Below are positions 19,134-29,579 of a stretch of DNA of 64,000 bases, in pieces. The position numbers and the translations under genes are program-made. The notes below the pieces were generated by a model that was not told the origin of the DNA, made no database searches, and saw nothing but the letters and a program-made list of their open reading frames with translations. How positions within the stretch are numbered: position 1 is the stretch's first letter; the number at the start of each line of letters is the position of its first letter. This DNA comes from Candidatus Omnitrophota bacterium (GTDB taxonomy: Bacteria > Omnitrophota > Gorgyraeia > Gygaellales > Profunditerraquicolaceae), in contig QZKH01000003.1 of NCBI GenBank assembly GCA_003598025.1, positions 439,221 to 503,220 on the forward strand, in the 5' to 3' direction.

Positions 19134-20567
19134 TTATCTAATGTTCTTCCCCATGGCTAAGGGCTCAAACCCTGTTTTATCCTTTTGAATTATTCTTATT
19201 CCGGCAAGCTGCCGGTTTTTATGGTCTAAAAAGTAGCAAAAACCGCTCTTGGGAGAATAAAACACGCCCGAGTCTCTTGCGAGGCTATAAATCATATCAA
19301 TGTGGTCTTTGCCATCAGGCTGGAGTTCAGCTAAATAAAGTTTATCCTGGTCGTGTAATAACACATGATTGTTGTCAACCCAAAAGCACTTTTTTAGATT
19401 ACGCATATCTGCCTTCAGGGGCCTGATTACAACTGTCTCATTAAATAGCGAATCGCCTGTTTCTTCCTCAAAATAAACAATTCCAATAGAGTTCTTAGTC
19501 CAGTAAACCAAAGAACCGGCATCGCGGTTTATCTCAAAACCCGATACTCCTTTATCTGATATCCTGTAAGGAGGACGGTTAGTCAAAAGATCTCCTTTAT
19601 CCCCCAGGAAAAGCATTAAATCGTCATTATAGATATAAATCCTGTAGAAACTGGAGCGGTTGAACAGTTCATCTCCTAAATTATTATCTCCAAGAAGCGT
19701 TTGTTTGTTATTTTTATTATACGAATACCTGCTGACTTTATTATTCTTATCTAATACATAAATCCATTTCTCGCCGGCGCCAAAACCCTTTATGTCTTTG
19801 AAATATTCCGGATATAAAGACATTTCTATAATATTCAGGTAATCCATCCGTTTTGCCCCTCCCAGAAACAATTCATGATCCTGCCTGTTTCCGTAAAAGA
19901 CATAGCTTGGTTTTTCCTGTATAAGCTTGGTTATATCAAAGACGGTATTGTATTTGGCCCCAATCTTGGCTAAGAAATATCTCCTGTCAAATATATTGCC
20001 TGCTGCTATGACTACCATATCCCTTGATGCCTGGGTATAAGCGTTGCTTACATTAAGGTCAAATAAAGAAGCTTCATCTACGAATAATGGCCTGGTTTCA
20101 TTATTCAGGCAATCATATATATAATAACCCCCTAATTCAGACGACTTAGCTAAAATAAAATAATTTGTACCGGGTATCGGCATTATATCTTTATAACTCT
20201 CGCCTGATAACTTGATTGCCCGCCAATTCCTGGGTATCATAATTATATTATCGAAAGCCAGGGCCTTGCCGGCCTCCACAGAAACGTGATGGCTCCATAC
20301 TTTGTAGCCCTTAAGCCTTATCCTTATATTGTAGCTTGCGGGCAGGAGTTCTGTAATAGATGTCGGTGTCCTGTAATCATACCGGCTGTTCTCAAGAAAA
20401 ATATCAGCCCCCGCCGGAGTTGTTGAGAGATAAACCAGCCCGGTATGAGACACTTCTTTTTTAAGCGGGTTTATGATATAGCCCAGGGAATAAAACACCA
20501 AAAGCGGGCAGATAATAAGATATGAAACAAGAAATATGGCGAATATTACCCTTCTTATAATAACCAT
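19134..20567 (-). CDS. membrane-anchored PEGA-domain protein with a large extracytoplasmic beta-rich domain
   Basis: N-terminal TM helix, then a PEGA-like block (TTPAGADIFLENSRYDYRTPTSITELLPASYNIRIRLKGYKVW). There is a 3-nt gap to the downstream GT2 gene. Confidence 0.6.
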   Translation of the reverse strand: MVIIRRVIFAIFLVSYLIICPLLVFYSLGYIINPLKKEVSHTGLVYLSTTPAGADIFLENSRYDYRTPTSITELLPASYNIRIRLKGYKVWSHHVSVEAGKALAFDNIIMIPRNWRAIKLSGESYKDIMPIPGTNYFILAKSSELGGYYIYDCLNNETRPLFVDEASLFDLNVSNAYTQASRDMVVIAAGNIFDRRYFLAKIGAKYNTVFDITKLIQEKPSYVFYGNRQDHELFLGGAKRMDYLNIIEMSLYPEYFKDIKGFGAGEKWIYVLDKNNKVSRYSYNKNNKQTLLGDNNLGDELFNRSSFYRIYIYNDDLMLFLGDKGDLLTNRPPYRISDKGVSGFEINRDAGSLVYWTKNSIGIVYFEEETGDSLFNETVVIRPLKADMRNLKKCFWVDNNHVLLHDQDKLYLAELQPDGKDHIDMIYSLARDSGVFYSPKSGFCYFLDHKNRQLAGIRIIQKDKTGFEPLAMGKNIR

Positions 20568-20697
20568 TGGTTTGATTGTTTTTGATACCGCCGAAATCAG
20601 TAATGCCGCATGCTAAAAAAGCAGAATCAAATTAAATATGGTATTTGAAAATTATATCAAATTCCTGCTGCCCATTATCAGGCGATAAGATACTGGC

Positions 20698-21798
20698 TTA
20701 TCTGTTGCACAAGACTTTTGATTTCTGGCTTATACTATTAAGCAAAGAATCGAATGATTTCTCAAATGCAGAAAGGCCATCACGCAGTAAACCCGCGCAT
20801 ATCTCTTGAATATCAATTTGCAACCCATTAAGCGAATTTATGATTTCGGCCGGAGTTTGCGTATTTTCGCTGCTTAAATCATGATTGATCGTACCATGAT
20901 CAACAAAAGCCCAGAAAGTATTCTCGGGGAGAGTGTTTACCGTATCTCTTGCTATCAACTCGGTAACATATTTAATATCGCTGTAAGAAGCATCCTTTGT
21001 GCTCGTCGATGCCCATAGAGGGCGTTGGATATTAGCACCTCTCTTTTTAAGGCTAAGGAACATTTCGCTATTAAAAACCTCAATAAATTTATTATAAATT
21101 AACTGGCAATTGGTTACTGCGGCCCTGCCTCTTAATTTATGCCCGGGGCCAAGCAAACGGTCAACAACAGTGTCCAGCCTGCTTACAAAAACGCTTGCTA
21201 CTGAACGCACATCCTTAGGATCACCGTTGTTTTTAATCAATTTCTCTATTCCATTAATATATGCATTCACGGTGTTTATGTACTGGCCTTGAGAGAAAAT
21301 CAAAGTGATATTTACATTTATCCCGCGCGAAATAAGCTCTTCTGCAGCAATAAAGCCTTCATCGGTAGCAGGGATCTTAAGCATAACATTCGGCAACCCA
21401 AGTTTTTTATGAAGCCTCTGCGCCTCTCTGATGGTCTCTTCCGCATTAAGCGCAAGCCTCGGGTTTACTTCAAGGCTTACATACCCATCTAAACCTGCGG
21501 TCTCCTTATAAACGTCCAGGAACATCTTAGCTGCGCTTCTGACATCATCAACAGTAATCTCATCATAAATATCAAAAACCGATCCCCGGGAGCAAGAGAG
21601 TTCCAATATTTGGCTGTCATAATCAGAGCTTAAGCTTATACTTTTATCAAAAATCGTAGGGTTTGAGGTTATACCTTTTAATCCTAACTCAATCATACGG
21701 ATGAGTTTACCGGATCTAATCAGGTCCCTGCTGATATTATCAAGCCATATGCTCTGCCCTTGCTGCTCAAGCATTTTTATCGTGCTTATGCCCACCAA
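20698..21798 (-). CDS. tal: transaldolase
   Basis: GITSNPTIF and the catalytic Lys context MLKIPAT. 366 aa. Confidence 0.85.
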   Translation of the reverse strand: MVGISTIKMLEQQGQSIWLDNISRDLIRSGKLIRMIELGLKGITSNPTIFDKSISLSSDYDSQILELSCSRGSVFDIYDEITVDDVRSAAKMFLDVYKETAGLDGYVSLEVNPRLALNAEETIREAQRLHKKLGLPNVMLKIPATDEGFIAAEELISRGINVNITLIFSQGQYINTVNAYINGIEKLIKNNGDPKDVRSVASVFVSRLDTVVDRLLGPGHKLRGRAAVTNCQLIYNKFIEVFNSEMFLSLKKRGANIQRPLWASTSTKDASYSDIKYVTELIARDTVNTLPENTFWAFVDHGTINHDLSSENTQTPAEIINSLNGLQIDIQEICAGLLRDGLSAFEKSFDSLLNSISQKSKVLCNR

Positions 21799-21883
21799 AG
21801 CCTCCTTTTATGCTTAGATTGATTATATAATAATAGCATAATTGGCAGATTTTATCCTTATTTTTTTATTACGCTATCCTTCG

Positions 21884-21920
21884 CCAAATAAAAATCCCGT
21901 GCCTGTTCCCAGGCACGGGA
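21884..21920 (-). terminator. rho-independent terminator after the 21946..22626 gene
   Basis: In minus sense: CCCGTGCCTGGGAACAGGCACGGG followed by ATTTTTATTT. Confidence 0.6.
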
Positions 21921-21945
21921 TTGTTTGTTGCGGATTAATTACGGT

Positions 21946-22626
21946 TTATTTCTTTGACTTTACTTTATCAAGGAGATCTTCGACATATTTGCCGACAATA
22001 TCACGGCAGCCTAACCCAAGCGCAATCGCAAGGCCTAATCCAAGCGACCCCAGGATTATACCGATTATCAGCTCGATTATCTTAGCGCCGATTCCTAACT
22101 GCTCGAGTGAAATAGCAGCAGCGAAAATCACAACTATCGCTTCAGAGATCTTGCCCAATAATTTTGCCTGGGAAAGACCAGCGTTAGAAGCAGCGGTTTG
22201 AACTAAGTTGTTTAACAAGGTAGCTACAAACATACCCGCGATCAATATAATTATCGCAATGACAATATTAGGTATGAAGAGAACTATCCTGTTAAGTAAA
22301 TCTGCGGCCATGGTCAACCCTACAGAATTGACTGCGATTATCACGGTAATCAGCATACCTATCCAATAGCAGATTACACCGATAAGCTCTGAAAGAGAAT
22401 ACTTCATTCCTCCCTTTTCCAGAATCTCGCTGAGCTTGAATTTATCAGAGACATCATCAAGCTTAATCGCTTTCAGACCTTTTACAACTAGGTTTTTGAT
22501 GAGTTTTGAGATTGCCCAACCGATTATTAGTAAAACAACTACCATAACAACGTTTGCTAAGAATTGTCCAACTTGTGTTAAGACTGTCTTAGCTGGCTCC
22601 AGTAAAACTGCTTGCCAATTACTCAT
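21946..22626 (-). CDS. membrane protein with conserved-TM-helix repeats (MscS-like N-terminal region)
   Basis: 226 aa of repeated hydrophobic helices. No catalytic motif. Confidence 0.45.
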   Translation of the reverse strand: MSNWQAVLLEPAKTVLTQVGQFLANVVMVVVLLIIGWAISKLIKNLVVKGLKAIKLDDVSDKFKLSEILEKGGMKYSLSELIGVICYWIGMLITVIIAVNSVGLTMAADLLNRIVLFIPNIVIAIIILIAGMFVATLLNNLVQTAASNAGLSQAKLLGKISEAIVVIFAAAISLEQLGIGAKIIELIIGIILGSLGLGLAIALGLGCRDIVGKYVEDLLDKVKSKK

Positions 22627-22696
22627 CTATACACCTCCTTTTGTTATCCTAGTATTCTAAACTTATCACGGACATGCACTTATGTCAAGAAAAATA

Positions 22697-23485
22697 TCAA
22701 AAATCTATCGTCATTCCATCATAAGCAGATACAACGTCAATCCCAAGCTTATGTGATAAACTCTCTGCCAATTTATAAGGATTGGCTTTTAAAATTGTCA
22801 TGCCAAAATGTGTCAATATAGTTTTTTTAGGCTTCAGCTCTTTAATCAACAGCTCGGCATCTCTTAAACTCAGGTGCTGGATGTCTTTACGCGGCTCAAC
22901 AAAGACTACGCATAAGATCAGGATATCGCTTTTATAGAATTCTTTCAGACCGGCAAAATAAGCCGTATCCGACATCAGGCTAATTGTAGCCTTATTTATT
23001 TTAAATTTTAAACCATAGGTCTCAACAGGATGTTTATGGAGCATCGAGGTCTGGAATTCAAAATTACCGGCCTTGTATTTTCTTTCAGGCCCTAAAATCT
23101 CTATCCTTTCAGGAAAATCAATCAGATGCTTTAAGATAACCGAATCCTCTCTTTTAACCGCATCCTCAGGACAGAAGACAACGCCTCTTTTCTTAAATCC
23201 GCCTTCTGTCATAGCTTCTATCATGACGTTAACGTCTCCCGAATGGTCTAAATGACGGTGAGTAAGTATGATACCGTCGAGCTTTACTGGATTAAGCTTT
23301 GGCCTGCTGTTTGAGCACCGGACAATGCTTCCCGGGCCCGGGTCGATAATTAAATTTGTATCCCCTGCAGATACCCATATCCCCCCGGATGCCCTGAGTT
23401 GGTTTATCATGACAAAGCGTGCGCCTGCAGTTCCTAAAAACTTTATATAATTTGTTTTTTGTTTCTTAATCACTCCCGCAGCCAT
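22697..23485 (-). CDS. MBL-fold metallo-hydrolase
   Basis: ILTHRHLDHSGD matches the HxHxDH motif. Confidence 0.8.
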   Translation of the reverse strand: MAAGVIKKQKTNYIKFLGTAGARFVMINQLRASGGIWVSAGDTNLIIDPGPGSIVRCSNSRPKLNPVKLDGIILTHRHLDHSGDVNVMIEAMTEGGFKKRGVVFCPEDAVKREDSVILKHLIDFPERIEILGPERKYKAGNFEFQTSMLHKHPVETYGLKFKINKATISLMSDTAYFAGLKEFYKSDILILCVVFVEPRKDIQHLSLRDAELLIKELKPKKTILTHFGMTILKANPYKLAESLSHKLGIDVVSAYDGMTIDF

Positions 23486-23964
23486 AACCCTTTTAACTCC
23501 TCATTTATTTTCTTAATTTGCATATAATTAAGCTCCTGCTTTGAACCCGGATCGTCTTCGGCCGGCTTCTTTGCCTTTATATTAATAAACTCACCTACCC
23601 CCATCGCTTTTGACCCTAATGAGTTTATGAAATCGCGTATTTGCCTGTCATCAGAAACAACGATCAAATTATTGCCGTATTTTAATTTTTCCGCGATCCG
23701 TTTAATATATTCATCTGCGGTAATTTGCCTGGAAAAAAATAATTTTATATGGCCATAATCTTCTGCAAGATTGTTTTTGTCTTCCATATTTGGGAAACCG
23801 TCAAAGATCAAAAAAGCCAAGTTCCTGGCGCTGCCGGTAAGGCTGTTATTTTTAATCAAATTTATCAAAACGAGCTTATTGTCCCTGCAGGTTTTTGGTG
23901 AGTTTTCCTTAAATGCCGGGTGGTTTAATACGTTGTATCCGTCTATGACGTACAGTAAGGACAT
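23470..23964 (-). CDS. NYN-domain (YacP-like) protein
   Basis: LLYVIDGYNVLN...LIFDGF...VVSDD has the NYN/PIN-like acidic residues. Confidence 0.65.
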   Translation of the reverse strand: MSLLYVIDGYNVLNHPAFKENSPKTCRDNKLVLINLIKNNSLTGSARNLAFLIFDGFPNMEDKNNLAEDYGHIKLFFSRQITADEYIKRIAEKLKYGNNLIVVSDDRQIRDFINSLGSKAMGVGEFINIKAKKPAEDDPGSKQELNYMQIKKINEELKGLWLRE

Positions 23965-24892
23965 ATATGAGGCCTCCGATTATGGAGTAAACAACCATTA
24001 TAAAGAACGAAGTAAGCGACATTGCAAAGGCCAGGTCTTTTCCCAGGCCCACCTTGGCAAAGAAGAAAACTGTAGCAGCATCCCGCAATCCTAGCCCGCC
24101 TAATGAGATCGGCAGCATGGCAATAGCTGATATGATAGGTATAAAAATAAAATAATACAACATATTGATTTTAATCCCGAAAGACAGCCCGATAAAATAG
24201 TAGCTGACCGGTATTGTTATCTGAAGTAATACAGACATAAAAATATTATTTATTATTACGCCCTTGTGATTGCGAAAGACATATATCTCGTTATGCAGGT
24301 TCTTTATCATATCCCTGAGCCCGCCGGATTTCTTTGAATGCAAAAGTTTATTTACTTTTGAATAAATAGAATTATTAAATAACACTACTAATATTAAAAC
24401 CAGCATACCGACTATTACCAGCATGGTGGTAATAATCACAGGCTGGCCATCCATCTGGCGCCATCCGATAATTATAGAGACAATAGCAACTATAACCAGG
24501 CCTATGTAACCGCTTAACCTGTCCAGTAAAACCGTAGCAATCACCTCCCGCGGCCGTTTGGTATGCATAGACAGGTCGATACTGCGGATAAGGTCTCCTC
24601 CTATAGTAGAAGGTAAAAACATGCTGAAAAAGCTGCCTCCTGCAAAAGAAATAATCACCCTTTTAAGAGGAAGGTTTATTTTTATCGCTTTTAAGAGCAT
24701 CTCCCAACGAAACAAACATATTATATAAGTGAGGAAATAAATAAGAAAGGCGATGCTAAGTATATATTTGTCGGTTGACCTGATATTTGCTACGAGGCTT
24801 GAGGTGTCAATCTGCTTAAACAAAAGAAACAGCAGGAAAGCGCTGATCGCGATCCTTAAAAATAAGGAAAATACTTTTTTGAATACAGGCAT
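23909..24892 (-). CDS. lysylphosphatidylglycerol-synthase-TM-like (UPF0104) flippase-like membrane protein
   Basis: 327 aa with about 8 TM helices and a family-typical N-terminus. Its 5' end overlaps the NYN gene by 56 nt, so the true start may be further downstream. Confidence 0.6.
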   Translation of the reverse strand: MPVFKKVFSLFLRIAISAFLLFLLFKQIDTSSLVANIRSTDKYILSIAFLIYFLTYIICLFRWEMLLKAIKINLPLKRVIISFAGGSFFSMFLPSTIGGDLIRSIDLSMHTKRPREVIATVLLDRLSGYIGLVIVAIVSIIIGWRQMDGQPVIITTMLVIVGMLVLILVVLFNNSIYSKVNKLLHSKKSGGLRDMIKNLHNEIYVFRNHKGVIINNIFMSVLLQITIPVSYYFIGLSFGIKINMLYYFIFIPIISAIAMLPISLGGLGLRDAATVFFFAKVGLGKDLAFAMSLTSFFIMVVYSIIGGLIYVLTVRHRRIQRIKPPGI

Positions 24893-25789
24893 TTATCTTG
24901 TCAATTCTTTGCCAGTGATGATTTTATAGACCTGTAGATATTTCTGGCTTGTTTTCTGCACTATATCATCCGGAAGCTCGGGTGCAGGAGGGGTTTTATC
25001 CCAATCCAAAGTTTCAAGATAATCCCTGACAAACTGCTTATCGAAACTCGGCTGCTGCTTGCCCGGAGAATACTCTTCCTTCGGCCAAAAACGCGATGAA
25101 TCAGGGGTCAGGATCTCATCAATAAGTATAAGTTCCGCGCCATCAAGTCCGAATTCAAACTTTGTATCTGCGATAATCACGCCTTTTGATAAAGCGAAAT
25201 CTGCCGCTTTGTTATATATCGCGATACTCAGAGCCTTTAATCTTTCTGCCGTATTTATCCCCAACTTTTCTTCTATATATTGCATCGGCACATTAATATC
25301 ATGGCCGACATCAGCCTTTGTAGAAGGGGTAAACAGCGCCTCAGGAAGCCGCCCTGATTCAACAATACCTGCAGGAAGCTTGATGCCGCAGACTGTCTGG
25401 CTCTTTTTATATTCTTTCCATCCTGATCCGGACAGGTACCCTCTTACTATGCATTCAACCGGAAGCGAAGCAGCTTTCTTAACCAACATTGACCTGCCTT
25501 CAATTTCATCCTTGTATTTCTTTAGCTGCTGCGGATATTTATCGATATCTGCAGTTATAAAATGAGTCTTTACGATATCCTTGATCAACCCAAACCAAAA
25601 GCAGGAAAGCGAATTTAACACCTTTCCTTTATAAGGGATCCCTCCCGGCAAAACCACATCAAAGCAGGAGATCCTGTCTGTAGAAACAACCAGTAATTTA
25701 TCCCCTAGGTCATAGACATCCCTTACTTTTCCCCTGCGGAATAGTTTTAGGTCTTTAAAATCCGTGTTTAGTATTATATTTTTATCCAT
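24893..25789 (-). CDS. purC: phosphoribosylaminoimidazole-succinocarboxamide synthase
   Basis: RGKVRDVYD...LVVSTDRISCFD is the SAICAR synthetase signature. Confidence 0.9.
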   Translation of the reverse strand: MDKNIILNTDFKDLKLFRRGKVRDVYDLGDKLLVVSTDRISCFDVVLPGGIPYKGKVLNSLSCFWFGLIKDIVKTHFITADIDKYPQQLKKYKDEIEGRSMLVKKAASLPVECIVRGYLSGSGWKEYKKSQTVCGIKLPAGIVESGRLPEALFTPSTKADVGHDINVPMQYIEEKLGINTAERLKALSIAIYNKAADFALSKGVIIADTKFEFGLDGAELILIDEILTPDSSRFWPKEEYSPGKQQPSFDKQFVRDYLETLDWDKTPPAPELPDDIVQKTSQKYLQVYKIITGKELTR

Positions 25790-27591
25790 TATTCAAATTC
25801 TTTTGAAGAGAGGCGCCTATCTAAAGCCTTATATTCCAGCCAGAGCTCCTCTGGCAGGTCCTTTTTAAAAGTCTTAAAGAAAGACTTGATACCATCCAAT
25901 TCATTACGCCAATCTTCCTTCTTGACTTCAAGCAGCCTGTTTAAATCTTCAGGGTTCACTTCCAAACCGGTCATATCAATATCTTCGGCATGGGGAATAT
26001 ATCCTACCGGAGTTTTAACAGCTCCCACCTTATTGTTGCAGCGGTCAAGCACCCATTCCAATACTCTGAGATTCTCCTTAAACCCGGGCCAAAGTAATTT
26101 TCCGGACTCATCTGCCCTGAACCAGTTGACATGGAATATTTTGGGGGTATTAGACATACGTTTGCCCATATCAAGCCAATGCCTGAAATAATATGCCATG
26201 TTATACCCGCAGAAAGGAAGCATTGCCATCGGGTCGCGCCTGACTTCGCCTACTTTACCAACCTGTGCAGCGGTTCTTTCGGAAGCCATAATCGCTCCGG
26301 TAAAAACACCGTGCTGCCAGCTAAAAGATTCATACACTAATGGCGCAAGATGCTGCCTGCGGCCGCCGAAAATTATCGCTGATATAGGTACGCCATGATG
26401 CTGTTCAAGCCTGAAAGAAGCTGAGGGACAGTTTACTATCGGAGTAGTGAACCTGCTGTTTGGATGCGCTCCCAAAACAGGCTTTCCGTCATTATCAAGT
26501 TGGCCGCGCTTCCACGGCCTGCCTAACCAATCTATGCCATGCTCAGGGACAGGCCCGTCTGCGCCTTCCCACCAAACCGTACCATCATCCTTTAAAAGCA
26601 CGTTTGTATAAATAGTGTCTTTCTTGATGGTTTCAACCATACTGGGGTTTGTATTAGAATTGGTCCCTGGCGCAACCCCAAAAAATCCTGTCTCCGGATT
26701 AATAGCCCAGAGCTTACCGTCTGAATCTATGCGCATCCAAGCGATATCATCTCCTACGGTCCATATCCTGTAACCTTTACGTTTAAGGCCTTCCGGAGGT
26801 ATAAGCATAGCCAGGTTTGTCTTGCCGCAAGCGCTGGGAAAAGCTGCCGCTATATATTCAATATGCCCATTGGGCTCTTCAATACCCATTATCAACATAT
26901 GCTCAGCCAGCCATCTCTCTTTCCTGGCAATGAAACTTGCTATTCTCAGAGAAAGGCATTTCTTGCCTAAAAGCACATTACCGCCGTAGCCCGAACCAAC
27001 GCTCCAGATTGTATTGTCTTCAGGAAAATGCAGAATAAGTCTTTTATTTATATCCAACTCGGCTTTTGAATGAAGGCATTTCGTAAAAACGTCGTCTTTC
27101 TCAAGCTGCCTTAACACGTCATTACCTACCCTGGTCATTATCATCATGTTCAGGACAACATAACGCGAATCCGTGAGTTCAACCCCGATCTTACTAAATG
27201 TGGAACCCACGGGGCCCATAGAAAAAGGTATAACATACATCGTCCTGCCGCACATAGACCCCTTAAATATCGCCTTTGCCTTATTGTATGCTATACGAGG
27301 AGACATCCAATTGTTATTCGGGCCGGCATCACGTTTCTTTTTGGTGCAAATAAAAGTAAGGTGCTCGGTACGGGCAACATCATCCTTTGCTGTCCGGTGT
27401 AAAAAGCAGCCGGGAAGTTCTTTCTGGTTAAGAGGAATGATCTCTCCTATCGACTCTGCCTCGTCTTCAAGCTGTTTTTTCTGCTCGGCAGAACCGTCTA
27501 TCCAGACAATGTTATCAGGCTGGCACATACGTGCCATTTTTTCAACCCATTCTTTTAGTTTTTTATTGCGCGTAGGATGGTTTTTATTCAT
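25789..27591 (-). CDS. pckG: phosphoenolpyruvate carboxykinase (GTP)
   Basis: 600 aa. Conserved GTP-PEPCK blocks are present (FPSACGKTN, kinase motifs). Confidence 0.9.
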   Translation of the reverse strand: MNKNHPTRNKKLKEWVEKMARMCQPDNIVWIDGSAEQKKQLEDEAESIGEIIPLNQKELPGCFLHRTAKDDVARTEHLTFICTKKKRDAGPNNNWMSPRIAYNKAKAIFKGSMCGRTMYVIPFSMGPVGSTFSKIGVELTDSRYVVLNMMIMTRVGNDVLRQLEKDDVFTKCLHSKAELDINKRLILHFPEDNTIWSVGSGYGGNVLLGKKCLSLRIASFIARKERWLAEHMLIMGIEEPNGHIEYIAAAFPSACGKTNLAMLIPPEGLKRKGYRIWTVGDDIAWMRIDSDGKLWAINPETGFFGVAPGTNSNTNPSMVETIKKDTIYTNVLLKDDGTVWWEGADGPVPEHGIDWLGRPWKRGQLDNDGKPVLGAHPNSRFTTPIVNCPSASFRLEQHHGVPISAIIFGGRRQHLAPLVYESFSWQHGVFTGAIMASERTAAQVGKVGEVRRDPMAMLPFCGYNMAYYFRHWLDMGKRMSNTPKIFHVNWFRADESGKLLWPGFKENLRVLEWVLDRCNNKVGAVKTPVGYIPHAEDIDMTGLEVNPEDLNRLLEVKKEDWRNELDGIKSFFKTFKKDLPEELWLEYKALDRRLSSKEFE

Positions 27592-28520
27592 TTTCTTTCT
27601 TGGTTTAAAAGATACTTATGCGCTGAATCGCTGGCAACAGCTGCCTCTCCGCAGGCGTTGATAACCTGGTAAAGGCTCTTGCTGCAGCAGTCTCCGCAGG
27701 CAAATATCCCCGGCCTTGAGGCCTGTGTGTTTTGTTGGGTAATTATAAATCCGCTTTCGTCTAATTGCAAATAATTTTTAATAAAATCGGTATTGGGCTT
27801 TATGCCTACGAATACAAAGACTCCTGCGCATTTAATTTCACTCAATCGGCCGGTTTTTACGTTTTTTGCCATTACCGATTCGACTTTATTCTCGCCGGTT
27901 ATCTTCTCGACTACCGAATCAAGCACAAATTTTATTTTAGGGTTTGCTTTTGCTTTTTCCTCCAGTATTTTTGAAGCCCTGAAACCCTGGCGTCTGTGAA
28001 TCAAAGTAACACTGCTGGCATATTCGCATAGGAAGAGCGCATCCTCAAAAGCCCGGTCGCCTGCGCCCACTACAACTACGTCTTTATTACGAAAGAAAGG
28101 CCCATCGCATGTTCCGCAATAAGAAACGCCTCTTCCGGTAAGCTGCTTCTCACCTTCTGCGCCCAATTGTTTAGGTTGCGCTCCGGTAGCTATTATGACT
28201 GCCCTGGCCTGGTATACATTATCACTGGTTTTTAATTTATAAACTGTCTCTTGGCTGGCATGCTCAGATGCTATTTCAACAACTTCTTCAGGCACTATTT
28301 TCACTCCCAGCTCCTGCACTTGCGATTTGAATTTTTCGATCAGCTCATGTGTTGATATCCCGCCGGGAAACCCCGGGTAATTCTCAATACTAGGCGAAAG
28401 GATGATCTGTCCTCCCGGGCTCATTTTCTCTAAGATTATTGTGTTCATCCTGAATCTACCGGCATAAAGCGCTGCCGTTAATCCTGCCGGCCCAGCACCG
28501 ATAATAACCAGATCATACAT
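27588..28520 (-). CDS. trxB: thioredoxin-disulfide reductase
   Basis: YDLVIIGAGPAG and the redox CATCDG motif. Start trimmed to MYDL to remove the overlap with lipA. Confidence 0.9.
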   Translation of the reverse strand: MYDLVIIGAGPAGLTAALYAGRFRMNTIILEKMSPGGQIILSPSIENYPGFPGGISTHELIEKFKSQVQELGVKIVPEEVVEIASEHASQETVYKLKTSDNVYQARAVIIATGAQPKQLGAEGEKQLTGRGVSYCGTCDGPFFRNKDVVVVGAGDRAFEDALFLCEYASSVTLIHRRQGFRASKILEEKAKANPKIKFVLDSVVEKITGENKVESVMAKNVKTGRLSEIKCAGVFVFVGIKPNTDFIKNYLQLDESGFIITQQNTQASRPGIFACGDCCSKSLYQVINACGEAAVASDSAHKYLLNQERK

Positions 28521-29379
28521 TACACACCTCACGGTAAACTTTCTCTGCGTTATAAGAACTTCTTACTAACGGCCCTGAAATGACTGACCTGAATTTCAGG
28601 CCTTTGGCCATATTTTCATATTCCCTAAAATCATCCTCTTTTAAAAAATATTGCACGGGATAATGCGCGCAACTCGGAGCAAGATACTGGCCTAACACTA
28701 AAATGTCGCAGGAAGCATTTTTAAGATCGCGCATGCATCCACGAACTTCTTCTTTTGTCTCGCCTAACCCGAGCATAATTGACGATTTTGTCAATAAACC
28801 GTTATTTAATAGCTTGATTTTTTTAAGAACAGATAAACTTAATTCATAATCAGAATCGGGCCGCAAGGCCGGATAAAGCCTGCTGACTGTTTCAATATTA
28901 TGCGCCAGCACGCATGGCTGTGCATCAACTACAATCTTAATGTTATTTATATCGCCGGATAAATCCGGTATAAGCGCTTCAACTGCCGTATCTTGATTAA
29001 ACAAATGTATCTGGCGTATAGTCTGCGCAAAAACAGAAGCACCACCGTCAGCCAGGTCATCCCTGGTGACAGAAGTAATAACCGCATATTTCAAACCGGT
29101 TTGCATGATAAATTCTGCTATGCGCATTGGCTCAGAGTCATCTTTATGATAAATCCGGCCTGCTTCTGATTTCATTACGTTACAGAACCTGCATGCACGC
29201 GAGCACCGGTTGCCCAGGATCATAAAAGTGACCCGGGATGCTTTAAAGCACTTATTAATATTTGGGCACTTTGCCTGCTGGCAGACAGTATTCAGGGATG
29301 ATTCATTGATAAGCTTTATGGTATCAAAGACTGTGCTATCCGGAAGCTCCTGCCTGAACCCAACCGGCAATCTATTCAT
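28513..29379 (-). CDS. lipA: lipoyl synthase
   Basis: N-terminal CxxxxCxxxxxC cluster (CQQAKCPNINKC) and radical-SAM CSRACRFC. Confidence 0.9.
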   Translation of the reverse strand: MNRLPVGFRQELPDSTVFDTIKLINESSLNTVCQQAKCPNINKCFKASRVTFMILGNRCSRACRFCNVMKSEAGRIYHKDDSEPMRIAEFIMQTGLKYAVITSVTRDDLADGGASVFAQTIRQIHLFNQDTAVEALIPDLSGDINNIKIVVDAQPCVLAHNIETVSRLYPALRPDSDYELSLSVLKKIKLLNNGLLTKSSIMLGLGETKEEVRGCMRDLKNASCDILVLGQYLAPSCAHYPVQYFLKEDDFREYENMAKGLKFRSVISGPLVRSSYNAEKVYREVCNV

Positions 29380-29579
29380 GATTTTTTATTTATCTTCAGG
29401 AAATTACTAATCGAACGATCATAAGTCTTCTCTATATCCGAAGGGAAAAAGCATGCAGGGATCTGGCCGCTCGTCCTGTGGTAAAGTACACATTCGCAGC
29501 ATAAGCCTTTTCTTAAGCAAGAGGCATAGCTACAATTGCAATTTGCAAGATTTTGTTTCTGGTTGGGACATTCTTTCAT
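29376..29579 (-). CDS. small Cys-rich protein (8 Cys in 67 aa), translationally coupled to lipA
   Basis: ECPNQ...[17 protein letters not shown]...C. The stop overlaps the lipA ATG. The 5' part overlaps the def 3' end by 50 nt in another frame. Confidence 0.4.
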   Translation of the reverse strand: MKECPNQKQNLANCNCSYASCLRKGLCCECVLYHRTSGQIPACFFPSDIEKTYDRSISNFLKINKKS

